Virus record (IMG/VR): IMGVR_UViG_3300021961_000135
Location: 1 to 53,854 of that record
Length of the DNA: 53,854 nucleotides
Source: a virus
Taxonomy: Duplodnaviria; Caudoviricetes
Reading direction: 5' to 3' (one strand)
Shown here: positions 8,735 to 19,688 of the stretch, piece by piece
Layout of the letters: the number at the start of each line of letters is the position of its first letter
How positions within the stretch are numbered: the first letter of the stretch is position 1
Position numbers and translations under genes: made by a program
The notes under the pieces: generated by a model
The model's database searches: none
Told to the model about the DNA's origin: nothing
The model's input: only the letters and a program-made list of their open reading frames with translations

Positions 8735-11700
8735 ATGGCTGACAAAATCCAACTCCCTAACGGTGCTTTCTTTCCAGTCAAAGAAGGCGAGAGCAAGGAA
8801 CAAACGTTGGCTGTGGCCAGACAGATGTACCCCGACGCTTTTGCCGCCCCCGTTGAGGCGGGCCCTAAGCAAGACACTACGGGTTTTAAAGCTGCCGCAT
8901 CTGCCGGTGCTACCCGCCTTGGCGGGGAGTTTGAATTGCTCAAAGGTAAGCTTGGGTTTAAAGACGAAGCTGAAGCGCAAAAAGAGTTTGAAGCCGCGCA
9001 GAAACGCGCACAAGCACGCTTTACCCCTACGGAAGAAGGCTGGACTGAGGCCCCGTTTCAGAAGTTTAAAGAGACGCTGGGGGGCTCGTTGCCGTACATG
9101 GCCGCTCCAGCCGCCGCAGGCCTTGCGGCTTTGGCTGCTCCTGTGTCTGCTCCCGTTGCGGCAGGTCTTGGTTTGTTGGGAGCAGGCGCTGTCTCTACCG
9201 GTCAGTTTACAGGCTCCAACCTTGCGCGTCAGATGGGGACAGACAAGTCGTTGGAAGAAACAAGCCTAGGTAAAGCCGTAGGCGCAGCTATTCCTCAAGC
9301 ACTATTGGACACAGCCGCCATGGCGCTGTTGCCCGGTGTGGGCAAATTGTTTGGCTCTGTTGGTTCTAAGCTGACAACAGACCAAGCCAAAGCTATTGCT
9401 TCCCAGACACTTACTCGCACTATTGCAGACTACACTGCAAAAACGGGTCTGGCTATGGGGCGTGAGGGCGTTACAGAAGCCACGCAACAAGTCCTTGAAC
9501 GGCTACAAGCTGGCCTAGCAATCACAGATGAAGAAGCGCGTAAAGAGTATATTGACAGCTTTATTGGCGGTGCGGTACTTGGCGGTGCAATTGCACCTAT
9601 TGGCCGGGCGTTTGAGCGTTCTGGAGCAAAACGGCAAGTAGCGGAGTTGGAGAAAACAGAAACACAGCAACGCCGTGCGGAAGAACTGCAAGCACAAAAA
9701 GCCGAAAAACAAGCCGCTATAGAAGCCGAAGAAGCTAAAAAAAGCACTTCCCAATACGCACTTGATGTTGACAGCCGCTTAGAAGCCGTTAAAGCCCAGA
9801 TCAAAGAATTAGATATTGCCAGTAAAGCCACGTTTGAAGAGGGTGATATTGCCGCTGAAACAGCTAAAAAAGAAGCACAGAAAGCCAAAAAAGCTTTACG
9901 CAATTCTGACGAAACTAAAGAGTTAATTAAAGAGTGGAACGAACTCAAACAAGCTGGACGCATTGACGCCGCTAAAGAAGAGCAACGCGTGGCCGGCATG
10001 TCGCCCGAAGAGTACGCGCTGTACCAAGCTGAGCAACAAAAACAAATCTCAGGCAAGCAAAAGATTAAACCTACAGAAGTGGGTATTGCCGATCCGTTTG
10101 CATCTGTGCCACCAGCGCCAGCACTTACAACTCAGTACGCCCAAGAGCGAATTAACTTAGCTAAACAGCAAGTGCCTGAGCAAGTGGCTTTGGCTATGCA
10201 AAAAGGGCCAGAGCAAGATTTTAATGTCTATGTAGATTACTTGATGGCCGACCCCTACATGGCGTCGCAATTAGTAAAAACACGTACGCCCCTACCGCTT
10301 TTAGTTGAGCCTCAAAAGAACCAAGAAAAACAAGCGCGGGATCAGAAAAAAGCAGAAGAAACTGTGTATGGCGGTTTGAATCTTCAACTAAAAGAACTAC
10401 GCCTACAAAAAGCCGCTGAAGCCGCGCGACCTAATGAAGCACGTTTAAAAAGTGTTGAAGATGAAGAGCAAGCCGCCATCCAAGCTAGCCGTGCGGCTGA
10501 AGCCCAAGCCGTTGAAAAAGCTGCTTTGCTTGAGCGCATGGCGCCTGAGATGCAGGCGCTTCAGCGCATTAAAAACGCGCCTTCTCCAATCACACAGAAC
10601 ATGGAGATGTTTAAGGGCGAAACCGCGCCCCCATCAGTGTCCCCTGCGTTTAGCCAACTACAGCAACGCTTACAGGGTATACCCTTAGAAAAAGGCACAC
10701 TGCCAACAGCCGAAGAGATTGTGCCGCCAGAAGAAGTTAAACGTGTTGTTACACGCGGTGAAGGCAAAGAGTTTAATCTTCGCCCCATTTCTGAGGTCAC
10801 TAAAGCCCCAATCACGGCAGAAAACTTACAAGGCCGTGTTAACCGCGCTTTGTCTGTCTTTGACTTGTCTCCAGAAGCCGAGACTTTCTTGCGCCGCGCT
10901 GAGCAGGTAATTCCGCAAGCAGACATGACGCTTAAGCAGGCCACATCAGGAGCAACAGATCAGGGCACGCGCCAAAACATTTCTGAGTCGCAGGGCTTCC
11001 TTACACTACTTGACAGACAGTTAGCCAAGATTGAAAGCGGTGAAGAGGGTATCCCACGCAAGGGTGCTGGTCGCCCCCAGATGTTGCAAACATTCCCTCC
11101 GACAAAACAGACGCAAGCACAGGTCAGCGCTACAACGCCAACAGAAGCGTTTAAGAAAGATGTTGATAGTATTACCGGAGCCGTTCCCGGACAAGCGCGG
11201 TCTGTGCCTCAGATGGAGATGTATGCCCAACGCGAGCGTTTAGAGCGTACAGGCAAGCCCGGCAAGTTGCCCGGCTTTGTGGCGCAGCCAGAAGAAGATC
11301 AACGCACACAAGGTGTGCCCGGTCGTGCCGTTGTTGAAAAACGTGCACAAGATATCAACCCCCCTGTTTACCGCACAGACCCTGTTACCGGCAAACGCGA
11401 AATGGTGTCTGGCACTATTCGCGGCAAGGGCGTGGAAGCAGTGCCACTGTCTTTGCAACGTGAGTTGGAGCCTTTGGTTCGTTTATCCGAGACAGTGCGC
11501 GATGAGCAAGCTGGACAATTGCCTTTGTTTGGTGCAGCCGATGAACGTAGCCGTGTACAGAAAGCAGAACGCCGTGGTATTGAAGCTGGCCCAAGCCTAG
11601 ATATTGGTGCAAGGCCAGACGTAGAGTCGTTCCAACGCTTTATGAACAGCCCATACGTTCGCAAGCTCAAGCAAGACATGCAGCAGTCTGAGAAAGACTT

Positions 11701-14700
11701 AGCCCCTGTCCGTGCGTTCTTAAACAGAGCGTTGCCGCGCCTGAAGCAGATGCTGCAAGACAGCAAAGCTACAACTGCCCGTATGAGCAAGATCAAGAAC
11801 TGGACTAAGTTCTTGAAAGAAAACCAAGAATTGACTGCGTTTCAGACCAACACTGAGAACATGGCGCTGAAGATGAACAATCTGAAGCTAAGTGTCAGTG
11901 ATCTGAACGCCCGTATTAAGTCGTACGAACAGGCTAAAGAAGAACTAATTAACGAAGCCAACCGCTCCGGCATACGCGCCAGAGGCGGCGCAGCAGAGAC
12001 TGCGATGCTCAAAGAGTTGGACGATCTGATTGCGTTGCACGAAGAAGCCAAGGCCGAGTACACCCAGACTAAAGGTGCGTTGGACTTGGTGCGTACACAG
12101 ATCAAAGTGTTGGTGGGCGAACAGCGCTTGGCTGAACTCAAGGCAACAGTTGATCCGTTGGAAAAGTCCAACGAATCTGCAAAAGCGGAAATTGAACGCC
12201 TGAAAGAAACAATCCGCACAGCACAAGCCGAGGTTGGAGAAGCCGAGACTAAAGAACGCCAAGCCGCCGCAGACAAAGCCCAAGCTGTACAAGGCGCTAA
12301 AGCTGGTTCTGTTGCCGCTTTGGAAAAACAAATCTCTGACGAGCGTGCACGTCGTTGGAACACAGCATTGTCTGGATTCCCCCAAGGTGTACAAGTACGT
12401 GCCCTAGGCCCTGCTGAACGGGATGCCCGTGAGCGTGGGTTGACTGCTGATGCATCGGAAGCCGTTAAATACAAAAACGAGTTGTACAACAAGCCGTTGA
12501 TATCTTTGATATTAGAGCTTGGTAATATAGACAAGCAGTTGGCTGAAGCAACAGCCAAAGTTACTGCCGCCCGTAAAAAGTCCGGCTCGTATGTGGGCGG
12601 TGAGCAAAACGTCATGGCGTTTAAAGGCTTAGGCTCTGCCATTCGTTTGCAAAGCCGTTTGTCTGTACGCAAAGAATCGGTTGAAAACGTAATTAATTTT
12701 ATGCGCGCGCGTAATGTGCCGCTTAGAAAAACACTTGGCGCACAACCTGAAGCTCGTTCAGCTAGCATTGAAGAACAGGACACACTTGACCAGTACATAG
12801 ATCAGGTGCAAGAGTTGGGCAAGGCAACAGACCGTCTTGCCGATCTTACTGTTCAACGTGATGATGCCATCAGGGACGGGAACACCAAAACTGTTGCACG
12901 CTTAAACGAACAGATTGACAAGGTCAACACTGAAATATCTGTTGGTACAGAAGGTAAGGCTAAACTGGCTGTTGCCCTACAAGGCCGTGTATCGGCTGGC
13001 GCCCGTCAAACTACCAGCGCTCCGGGCAAGTTCCGCACAGGTTCGGAAGAATCCAAACGCACTACCGGCTCCGTCAAACAGCCGTTGGTTGAGCAGCGAA
13101 CAATCAAGTCGCCTACAGTCAAACAGGCGGTGGCAGAAGCCAACGCATATGCAGAAAAGATCCGTGCTGGTCAGAAAGAATTGACCGCGGCACAGGAAGC
13201 GGCGATTGAAGCTGAGCGCCAAGCTGAGTTCCAGTACATACTTGAGAAACGTGAAGCGGATCTCACAACCAAGTTGGAAGAATCACAACGAGAGCTTGAG
13301 CGTCTGAGAGCTATTGACGCAAGGCCATACAGAGAAAACTTGGTTCGCCCTACTGAACAAGAAAAAACCGATCTTCAGAACGAGATCACCAGCTTTAGTA
13401 AAGAATTGGCAGCTGTCAAGCGTGAGTTGACAGAGCAGATGCGCAAGATGTATCGCAGTGACACATCTATCGTGGAAGAAGACATCGAAGCCGCAGAATC
13501 CAAGCCTCGCGGTCGCCCACGTAAACTGACTGAAGAAGATGTGTATGGCGAAGACACCCGCAAAGCTGCCGCTATGGAAGACGTCTATAGCCAACGAGAT
13601 GATGAAAGCTACGCCCGCGGTGTTGAATCTACTAGCCCAGACCTGACAGCCGCACAAGTGCGTGCGCTGGAAAAAAACGATCTACGCGCCGCTTTCACCG
13701 ATATGGCCAAAGACCCTGCCACATCGCAGGTCAACCGTGCCGTGGCACAACGCCTAGCCGACATGCTAGACGACACCAGTGTATCAATCCAAGACCGCGT
13801 ATTGGATGAGAACGGCAAAGCCGTGCTGGGTTCCGCTACTAGCCGCCGTATTAATCTGAGTCGTAATGGCGGGTTGTCACAAGAGATTTTGTTGCACGAA
13901 GGTACACACGCCGCAGTTGAGCGCGTGTTGCAGTTGCCTGAAGGCAAGCTGACTCAGCAACAAGTTGTTGCCAAACGTGAACTGCAAGCGCTGTACAACG
14001 CAATTAAGAGCGATCCAAAGATTACCAGCGCATCTGCCAAGGGCAGCATCTCTGAATTTGCCGCTGAAGTCATGTCCAACCAAACCTTACAGCGTCAGTT
14101 GCAAGGCAAGAAGTGGCGTCTGTCTGACGCGTGGGCTGGCTTCAAGAGCATCATCATGCGCTTGTTGGGCGTTCAGCGTCCAGAGACAATGTTTGGTGCA
14201 GCGCTTCAGTCTGTTGATGCGTTGATGATTCCATCTAGTGTGCGCACCAAGGGCGTTGAGCGGGTGGTGTCACGCAAACTGGCACAGAAAGACATTGCCG
14301 CGCTACATACCGGCAGTAACTCCATGAAGCAGTTTGCCGAACAGTTTGGCCCAGAGATCAAGCAGAAAGATCGCACAGCAGAAGACGCCAATCGCATTGG
14401 TGAGGACACGCTTGAGAAAATGTACAATTTTCCCAGCGATTACATTGCCAAACCTGACCCAGACAAGCTGGCTAAAAATGCCAAAGTTATTATGTCTGAC
14501 GGCAAACCGTACGACGAGAACAACCCCCTGCACTATGTGGAAGCTGATGCGCAAACGTTCATTAACTTGGAGCTACAAAAAAATAACCGCGTAATGCAGG
14601 ACTACGCGCAAAGCATTTACAGAAAAAGGCAACAAGATTTACGCCAGCTTGTATCGGATTTTTTAGATACTTCAGAGTACACGCGTGTTGAACAAGCGCT

Positions 14701-17700
14701 GGTGGCTAAAGCTGCGTCTAAGTACGCAGTGTTGTCAGATAAAGACGGGCGTTTAAAGCTGGCTGAAATGGGCAAAGACAACACGCACCATTTAGCGTTT
14801 GTCAGCAGTAAAGACGCAGGCGAAGTTATTCGCAAGTTGCGCGAAGGTTTGCCTTTGAAGCAAGCCTTCCTTGAAGGCATGCAAGAAGTTGCTGACCGCA
14901 ACGCAGAACAAAATGCACAGAAAAACGGCTGGCAAAAGTTTGAACAGAGCACTATTGTCAAACGTCCAGCAATACGGATTATGATGTACGCGCCAAACGG
15001 CGATGTAACTTTTGATACGATTGAACCACGCAACATGGTGCCTGCTGTTCCTGTAGGTGGTGCAGCCCGTGTAGCGGAGCCAATGTCGCTTGCAGAAAAT
15101 TTACGCCGCACGGCTCACGCAGCGTTAATTCGCCGTATTGAACCCGGCGCTTTAACAGAAGAACGTGAGCGTGAGCTTCCTTTTGAGGTGCCTTATTTTG
15201 CCTCACCAAGACCGCAAAGACTTGTGTTTGTAGACAACGATAAAAACGTCAAAGTATTGTCGTTGACGGTTGCACAACACGCATTATTGGAACACGAAAA
15301 CGCGCGCCTTGACGCAGAAGGCCAACCACGGTTGGGCACTGTTGATGAGGTCGCAGAGTTTTTACAAACTTACTACGACGAAATTTACTCCAAAGTAAAA
15401 CCTGTTGAGGAATCTGCTGCCGAACTTAATGCTGGCGCGGCTGGAACATCATGGTGTACTGGCGCTTCTGTGCAGACCGCTAGAAGTCAGATTGAGCAAG
15501 GCGACTTTTACATCTACTACAAGAACGGCAAACCTGAAGTGGCCGTTCGCATGGACGGTACAACAACTATTGGCGAAATCCGTGGCAACACGGAATCCCA
15601 AGGGCTTACAAGCGAACAAGAACTGATTGCCAAAGACTTTTTGTCCAGCACTAATTTTGCAGGTTCACAAAGCTACATCACTGCGCTAGAACGTAAACAA
15701 GCGTTGCTCAAAATATTAAAAGGTGATATTGATCCACGCTTCCTGATGACGCTTGGCCCGTACATATCTAGTTACGGAGCTAACGACACAACGGTAGAAA
15801 TGTTGCTGGACTACAGCGCAATTGATGGTGAGATGTTTGTGCGTCGCCCTGACCCATCAAGAAAGTTGATTGAAGCAGTCGGCGGCAAGCTTGAGGAAGC
15901 TACCGAAAAAGTGATGGAGCAAGGGTATTTCCCCGGAATGATTGCATGGATTGGGCTTAATGACGAACGGGGCTCCGATCAAATGTACCACGTCGTGCTT
16001 TCATATAAAGGCAACAGGGTAACTCGTCCTTTGGACGGCGTTGTTGCCGCGGGCAAGTTGTGCTTTGTTGGGGGCACTTACGAGTTACCTAACTTGAAAG
16101 ACGTTAACGCCGTATTCTTTGATGAGGAATCCGATGTTAGCCTGCCGCAAATAGATACAGTTGGTCTTGTTGAATTTGGCGGCGACAAACATGTTCATGT
16201 GTTGCGCCTAGCTGACAACGCCGTTGTTAACACGGTGGCCGTAGCGCCAATGGGCAGCTTTCGCACAAAACAAGAGCACACAAGAGTTCGCGGTATTATT
16301 AAAAACGCAACCGTAATCAGCAACATTGAAGTTAATAATGGCACCGCATCGATGGAATTATTGTTGCCAGACGCTTTGTACGCGCCTGTGCCCAATGAAA
16401 ACAACACGCAACAAGATGTTGCCGACAACAATTCGCGTCAACTACTGCGCTTTTTTAGAAAGCTTAACGACAAGCATGACTTCTATTCAATAGAGTATAA
16501 GACTGACGACCCTATGACGGTCAAAATGCGCAACGCCACACGAGAAGCGTTTGGTGAAGATGCCGTGACGTATGCGGACGATCTCACGTACGAGTCTACA
16601 AGTTTGCGTTCATGGCTTGAAGAATCTGTCATGGAGTATTTTGATTCACAGCAAGCTAAGTCAGACACTGACATTTTTAAACTTGCCAAAAAAATAAATA
16701 AAGCTTTTGACATTGCAAAAGAAGACGTAGAAAGAGTGTTGACCGATGACAGAAATCAGATTGGGAAGATTTTTGCGCCCAAGCAAATAGCTGACGCACC
16801 GCCAGTACTGCAGCTTATTGAGCCAGAAGAGACGCCACGTTACGCAAGGGCTGCGGACTATGGCACGGACAATGCGCTGGTTGACTTGGCCAAAGATGTC
16901 ATGGCCAAGAAGAAAACTTTTAAAGAAAAACTGGGCACAACCCCGTTCCTCGAAGCCGAGATGCAGTTGATCGACATGCGCGCTGGTTTGCGTGAGGCTT
17001 TGAAAGCTGGTGCTAAAGAAATTGGCGACGACAGGCTGTTCACACAGGCTATGTCTCATGTAATTATGGCTGACCAGAAAATGGCAATGACAAATGCCAC
17101 GCTTCAAAAGGGGCCAATGGAGTTGTACACCGACGAGAAAGGGTTCTACGGCGTAAGGTCTACTGGCAAAGACAGTGCTGTTGACGTGTTTAAGTCTGTT
17201 GCAGACATACCGCAAGGCAATTCAGAAGCAAAAGCTAACATAGCTACCATATACATGATTGCTCAGCGTGCACTGAATAAGGGCGTGGCTAAGCTAGACC
17301 TAGGTGCTTTGGGCGTTACAGAAGCAAAACTGAAAGCTGCGCTTGCTGCAGCCGATGCCGATCCAAAACTGAAATTGGCGCTGGAGAACACTCGTTCTGC
17401 GTACAACGCGTACAACGAAGGCCAGATTAAGTTCTTGGCATCGACTGGCGCTATTACCAAGAAGGAAGCCGACAGGCTTTTGAAAGAAGGCGACTTCGTA
17501 CCGTTCTATCGTGTTAACGAAAACGGCATGGCACAGTTGGTGTTCAGCGATGAAGTCACTGTGACCATCGGCGACGTGCGTCGTCAGCCATACTTGCAAG
17601 AACTCAAAGGCGGCGAGACCCGCATCTTGCCAATCACTGAGACAATACAACGCAACACCTTGCTTATCACGGACAAGGCGCTGACTAACTTGGCTACCAA

Positions 17701-19516
17701 GAACATAGCGTATGCGTTCCAAGCAATTGGTGAAGGCAAAGGGCCAGCAGGCAAGGACGGCAAGCCGACCAACGCCATGCCTATTCACATGGGCACAGGC
17801 CCCGCGTCTCCAGACGTTATCCGGTTTAACCAAGAACCTGACCCGAACAAACCAAACGACACGGGCGAGCGTTGGCAACGTGTGAAAACAGACGACACGC
17901 TCATGGGTGGTATCCCTGCGCAGTTAATCGTGAAGAGTTTGGAAGGCGCTCACTTGACGCTTCCAGCGTTCTTGAAAGCTGGTGGTTACGCCGCTGACAT
18001 CTTGCGCTCTGGCGTAACTCGTATGCCAATCTACTTGGCTCGTCAGTTGGTTCGTGACCCAATGGCTGCAGCGTTTACGGGCGGTTTGGACTACAACCCC
18101 CTGACAGCGGTGGTTAAAGCAGGCCGTGAGTTCATTGCTTCTAGCCGTGGACAGAGCGCAACCAACGAAGAAATGCTTAAGAAAGGTTTGATCCAGAGCG
18201 GTATCTTTACTGGCGACCCAGACGACATGGCTAAGATAGCACTTCAGTTGGCGGGCGGTAAAGACCAAGGCGTTCTTGACAAAGTGTTTGCCGCAGCGGA
18301 CAGAGCCGCGATGCGTGCCGATGCTGCTACTCGTGCGCTGGTGTATGAAAATGCACGCCGTCAAGGACTGTCTGAAGTTGAAGCGGACATGGCTGTTCGT
18401 GAGTCAATGAACTTTTACAAGCGCGGCTTGTCGCCCACAGTGCAATACGCTAGCCGTTTGATTCCGTTCTTTAACGCGCAGATTCAGGGCTTGAACGTGT
18501 TGTATAAAGCAGCCCGTGGCCAGACTACGCTAGAAGACCAGCGTTTTATTCAGCAGAAGTTCTTTAACAACGCCCTGTTGCTTGTCGGCACGGGTATTGT
18601 TTACGCCATGGCGATGGATGACGATCCATACTTCCGCAACGCCAAGCCAAGGGACAAGTACAGTAACTTCTTCTTGCCGTTGCCGGGTGTTGATGAGCCG
18701 TTGAAGCTGCCTATTCCTTACGAGGCTGGTTGGTTCTTCTCAATGGCTGTTGCCGCAGTTGACGCTATGAAAGAGGAGACTGATGGCGTCCAGCAATGGC
18801 AAGCTCTGCGCGACATGTTCTTGCAGTCCGTGCCGGGTTACTCGTCTAAGTTCATGCCCCAGATTGTCAAGCCAGCGTTTGAAGTGTGGACTAACAAGAA
18901 CTTCTTTAACAACACATCCATTGAGTCTGCAAGAATGGAGAGGCTGTCGCCCGAACAGCGCTTCTCGGAGACAACAACGGAAGCCGCCAAAGCTATGGGT
19001 AAAGCAGTTCCAATACTGTCTCCAATACAGATTGAGCACATTGCTACAGGCTACTTTGGTCAGTTGCCGCTGATTATCGCGGGCGCTGCAAACAGCTTGT
19101 TCCGTACCGAGACTCGTGGTGAAGCGCCTGAAAAGCGTGTGACTGACTTGCCCTTTATTGGCAGTTCGTTCCAGAAGAAGTATGGCGGTGCAGACACCGA
19201 TGTGATGTACCGCTTGTCAACCGAAGCTGTGCAGGCTAAGTCTACCTTTGACAGCCTGCGCAAAAAGGGGCAGGTGACGGAAGCCAAAGATTACTTGGAA
19301 GACAACCGCGTATTGATTGCATCAGCACCCATAGCGCGTAACTACCAGAACATCATGGGTAAACTTCGCTCTGATGCGGAACGCATTAACAGCATGGAAA
19401 ATTTGAGCGGTGCTGAAAAACGTGCGCGGTTGGATAGGATTGACGCGGCACGACAGGATGTGGCTGACAAGTTTGAGAAAGCTATGAAGCGGCTACGAGA
19501 CGGCGATAGAACATAA
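8735..19516 (+). CDS. Giant polyvalent virion protein (zincin HExxH domain, PcfJ-like domain, C-terminal LPD38-like domain)
   Basis: 3593 aa. N-terminal hydrophobic Gly/Ala segment and coiled coils; EILLHEGTHAAV...EFAAE; SWCT...GDFYIYY...VAVRM; C-terminal IPFFNAQIQG...LPIPYEAG...KPAFEVWTNKNFF...SPIQIEH. Confidence 0.75.
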   Translation: MADKIQLPNGAFFPVKEGESKEQTLAVARQMYPDAFAAPVEAGPKQDTTGFKAAASAGATRLGGEFELLKGKLGFKDEAEAQKEFEAAQKRAQARFTPTEEGWTEAPFQKFKETLGGSLPYMAAPAAAGLAALAAPVSAPVAAGLGLLGAGAVSTGQFTGSNLARQMGTDKSLEETSLGKAVGAAIPQALLDTAAMALLPGVGKLFGSVGSKLTTDQAKAIASQTLTRTIADYTAKTGLAMGREGVTEATQQVLERLQAGLAITDEEARKEYIDSFIGGAVLGGAIAPIGRAFERSGAKRQVAELEKTETQQRRAEELQAQKAEKQAAIEAEEAKKSTSQYALDVDSRLEAVKAQIKELDIASKATFEEGDIAAETAKKEAQKAKKALRNSDETKELIKEWNELKQAGRIDAAKEEQRVAGMSPEEYALYQAEQQKQISGKQKIKPTEVGIADPFASVPPAPALTTQYAQERINLAKQQVPEQVALAMQKGPEQDFNVYVDYLMADPYMASQLVKTRTPLPLLVEPQKNQEKQARDQKKAEETVYGGLNLQLKELRLQKAAEAARPNEARLKSVEDEEQAAIQASRAAEAQAVEKAALLERMAPEMQALQRIKNAPSPITQNMEMFKGETAPPSVSPAFSQLQQRLQGIPLEKGTLPTAEEIVPPEEVKRVVTRGEGKEFNLRPISEVTKAPITAENLQGRVNRALSVFDLSPEAETFLRRAEQVIPQADMTLKQATSGATDQGTRQNISESQGFLTLLDRQLAKIESGEEGIPRKGAGRPQMLQTFPPTKQTQAQVSATTPTEAFKKDVDSITGAVPGQARSVPQMEMYAQRERLERTGKPGKLPGFVAQPEEDQRTQGVPGRAVVEKRAQDINPPVYRTDPVTGKREMVSGTIRGKGVEAVPLSLQRELEPLVRLSETVRDEQAGQLPLFGAADERSRVQKAERRGIEAGPSLDIGARPDVESFQRFMNSPYVRKLKQDMQQSEKDLAPVRAFLNRALPRLKQMLQDSKATTARMSKIKNWTKFLKENQELTAFQTNTENMALKMNNLKLSVSDLNARIKSYEQAKEELINEANRSGIRARGGAAETAMLKELDDLIALHEEAKAEYTQTKGALDLVRTQIKVLVGEQRLAELKATVDPLEKSNESAKAEIERLKETIRTAQAEVGEAETKERQAAADKAQAVQGAKAGSVAALEKQISDERARRWNTALSGFPQGVQVRALGPAERDARERGLTADASEAVKYKNELYNKPLISLILELGNIDKQLAEATAKVTAARKKSGSYVGGEQNVMAFKGLGSAIRLQSRLSVRKESVENVINFMRARNVPLRKTLGAQPEARSASIEEQDTLDQYIDQVQELGKATDRLADLTVQRDDAIRDGNTKTVARLNEQIDKVNTEISVGTEGKAKLAVALQGRVSAGARQTTSAPGKFRTGSEESKRTTGSVKQPLVEQRTIKSPTVKQAVAEANAYAEKIRAGQKELTAAQEAAIEAERQAEFQYILEKREADLTTKLEESQRELERLRAIDARPYRENLVRPTEQEKTDLQNEITSFSKELAAVKRELTEQMRKMYRSDTSIVEEDIEAAESKPRGRPRKLTEEDVYGEDTRKAAAMEDVYSQRDDESYARGVESTSPDLTAAQVRALEKNDLRAAFTDMAKDPATSQVNRAVAQRLADMLDDTSVSIQDRVLDENGKAVLGSATSRRINLSRNGGLSQEILLHEGTHAAVERVLQLPEGKLTQQQVVAKRELQALYNAIKSDPKITSASAKGSISEFAAEVMSNQTLQRQLQGKKWRLSDAWAGFKSIIMRLLGVQRPETMFGAALQSVDALMIPSSVRTKGVERVVSRKLAQKDIAALHTGSNSMKQFAEQFGPEIKQKDRTAEDANRIGEDTLEKMYNFPSDYIAKPDPDKLAKNAKVIMSDGKPYDENNPLHYVEADAQTFINLELQKNNRVMQDYAQSIYRKRQQDLRQLVSDFLDTSEYTRVEQALVAKAASKYAVLSDKDGRLKLAEMGKDNTHHLAFVSSKDAGEVIRKLREGLPLKQAFLEGMQEVADRNAEQNAQKNGWQKFEQSTIVKRPAIRIMMYAPNGDVTFDTIEPRNMVPAVPVGGAARVAEPMSLAENLRRTAHAALIRRIEPGALTEERERELPFEVPYFASPRPQRLVFVDNDKNVKVLSLTVAQHALLEHENARLDAEGQPRLGTVDEVAEFLQTYYDEIYSKVKPVEESAAELNAGAAGTSWCTGASVQTARSQIEQGDFYIYYKNGKPEVAVRMDGTTTIGEIRGNTESQGLTSEQELIAKDFLSSTNFAGSQSYITALERKQALLKILKGDIDPRFLMTLGPYISSYGANDTTVEMLLDYSAIDGEMFVRRPDPSRKLIEAVGGKLEEATEKVMEQGYFPGMIAWIGLNDERGSDQMYHVVLSYKGNRVTRPLDGVVAAGKLCFVGGTYELPNLKDVNAVFFDEESDVSLPQIDTVGLVEFGGDKHVHVLRLADNAVVNTVAVAPMGSFRTKQEHTRVRGIIKNATVISNIEVNNGTASMELLLPDALYAPVPNENNTQQDVADNNSRQLLRFFRKLNDKHDFYSIEYKTDDPMTVKMRNATREAFGEDAVTYADDLTYESTSLRSWLEESVMEYFDSQQAKSDTDIFKLAKKINKAFDIAKEDVERVLTDDRNQIGKIFAPKQIADAPPVLQLIEPEETPRYARAADYGTDNALVDLAKDVMAKKKTFKEKLGTTPFLEAEMQLIDMRAGLREALKAGAKEIGDDRLFTQAMSHVIMADQKMAMTNATLQKGPMELYTDEKGFYGVRSTGKDSAVDVFKSVADIPQGNSEAKANIATIYMIAQRALNKGVAKLDLGALGVTEAKLKAALAAADADPKLKLALENTRSAYNAYNEGQIKFLASTGAITKKEADRLLKEGDFVPFYRVNENGMAQLVFSDEVTVTIGDVRRQPYLQELKGGETRILPITETIQRNTLLITDKALTNLATKNIAYAFQAIGEGKGPAGKDGKPTNAMPIHMGTGPASPDVIRFNQEPDPNKPNDTGERWQRVKTDDTLMGGIPAQLIVKSLEGAHLTLPAFLKAGGYAADILRSGVTRMPIYLARQLVRDPMAAAFTGGLDYNPLTAVVKAGREFIASSRGQSATNEEMLKKGLIQSGIFTGDPDDMAKIALQLAGGKDQGVLDKVFAAADRAAMRADAATRALVYENARRQGLSEVEADMAVRESMNFYKRGLSPTVQYASRLIPFFNAQIQGLNVLYKAARGQTTLEDQRFIQQKFFNNALLLVGTGIVYAMAMDDDPYFRNAKPRDKYSNFFLPLPGVDEPLKLPIPYEAGWFFSMAVAAVDAMKEETDGVQQWQALRDMFLQSVPGYSSKFMPQIVKPAFEVWTNKNFFNNTSIESARMERLSPEQRFSETTTEAAKAMGKAVPILSPIQIEHIATGYFGQLPLIIAGAANSLFRTETRGEAPEKRVTDLPFIGSSFQKKYGGADTDVMYRLSTEAVQAKSTFDSLRKKGQVTEAKDYLEDNRVLIASAPIARNYQNIMGKLRSDAERINSMENLSGAEKRARLDRIDAARQDVADKFEKAMKRLRDGDRT

Positions 19517-19688
19517 CGCCAAGCTTGCCGTCAAGGATGCCCACGCTAGCGTGGGCATCTAGTATCCGCTGGAAGAACGCTTGTTTTAAGCCCCACTCAC
19601 GCATGGCTTCGGTGTCAAGGCAGGGGATAAAGAACCCCTGCCCTTTCTCAAGTTTCTCCCACGGAAGGCGCAGTAAGGAGTACTTCAT
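19482..19688 (-). CDS. Small hypothetical protein (PWEKLEKGQGFFIPCLD)
   Basis: Protein-like ORF overlapping the 3' end of the primase gene and convergently overlapping the giant gene. Confidence 0.6.
   Translation of the reverse strand: MKYSLLRLPWEKLEKGQGFFIPCLDTEAMREWGLKQAFFQRILDAHASVGILDGKLGVMFYRRLVAAS

Noticed and set aside
11842-12798. 318-aa antisense ORF (and similar ORFs at 9430-10056, 46247-46972, 47279-48034, 50999-51607)
   Set aside because: These are shadow ORFs opposite strongly supported genes, with no SD or protein-like motifs.
8735-19516. N4-like or crAss-like virion RNA polymerase
   Set aside because: Size is similar, but no convincing T7-type motif A/B/C set or DxDGD motif was found. 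An isolated DKDGR is probably chance, and the C-terminus looks like LPD38.
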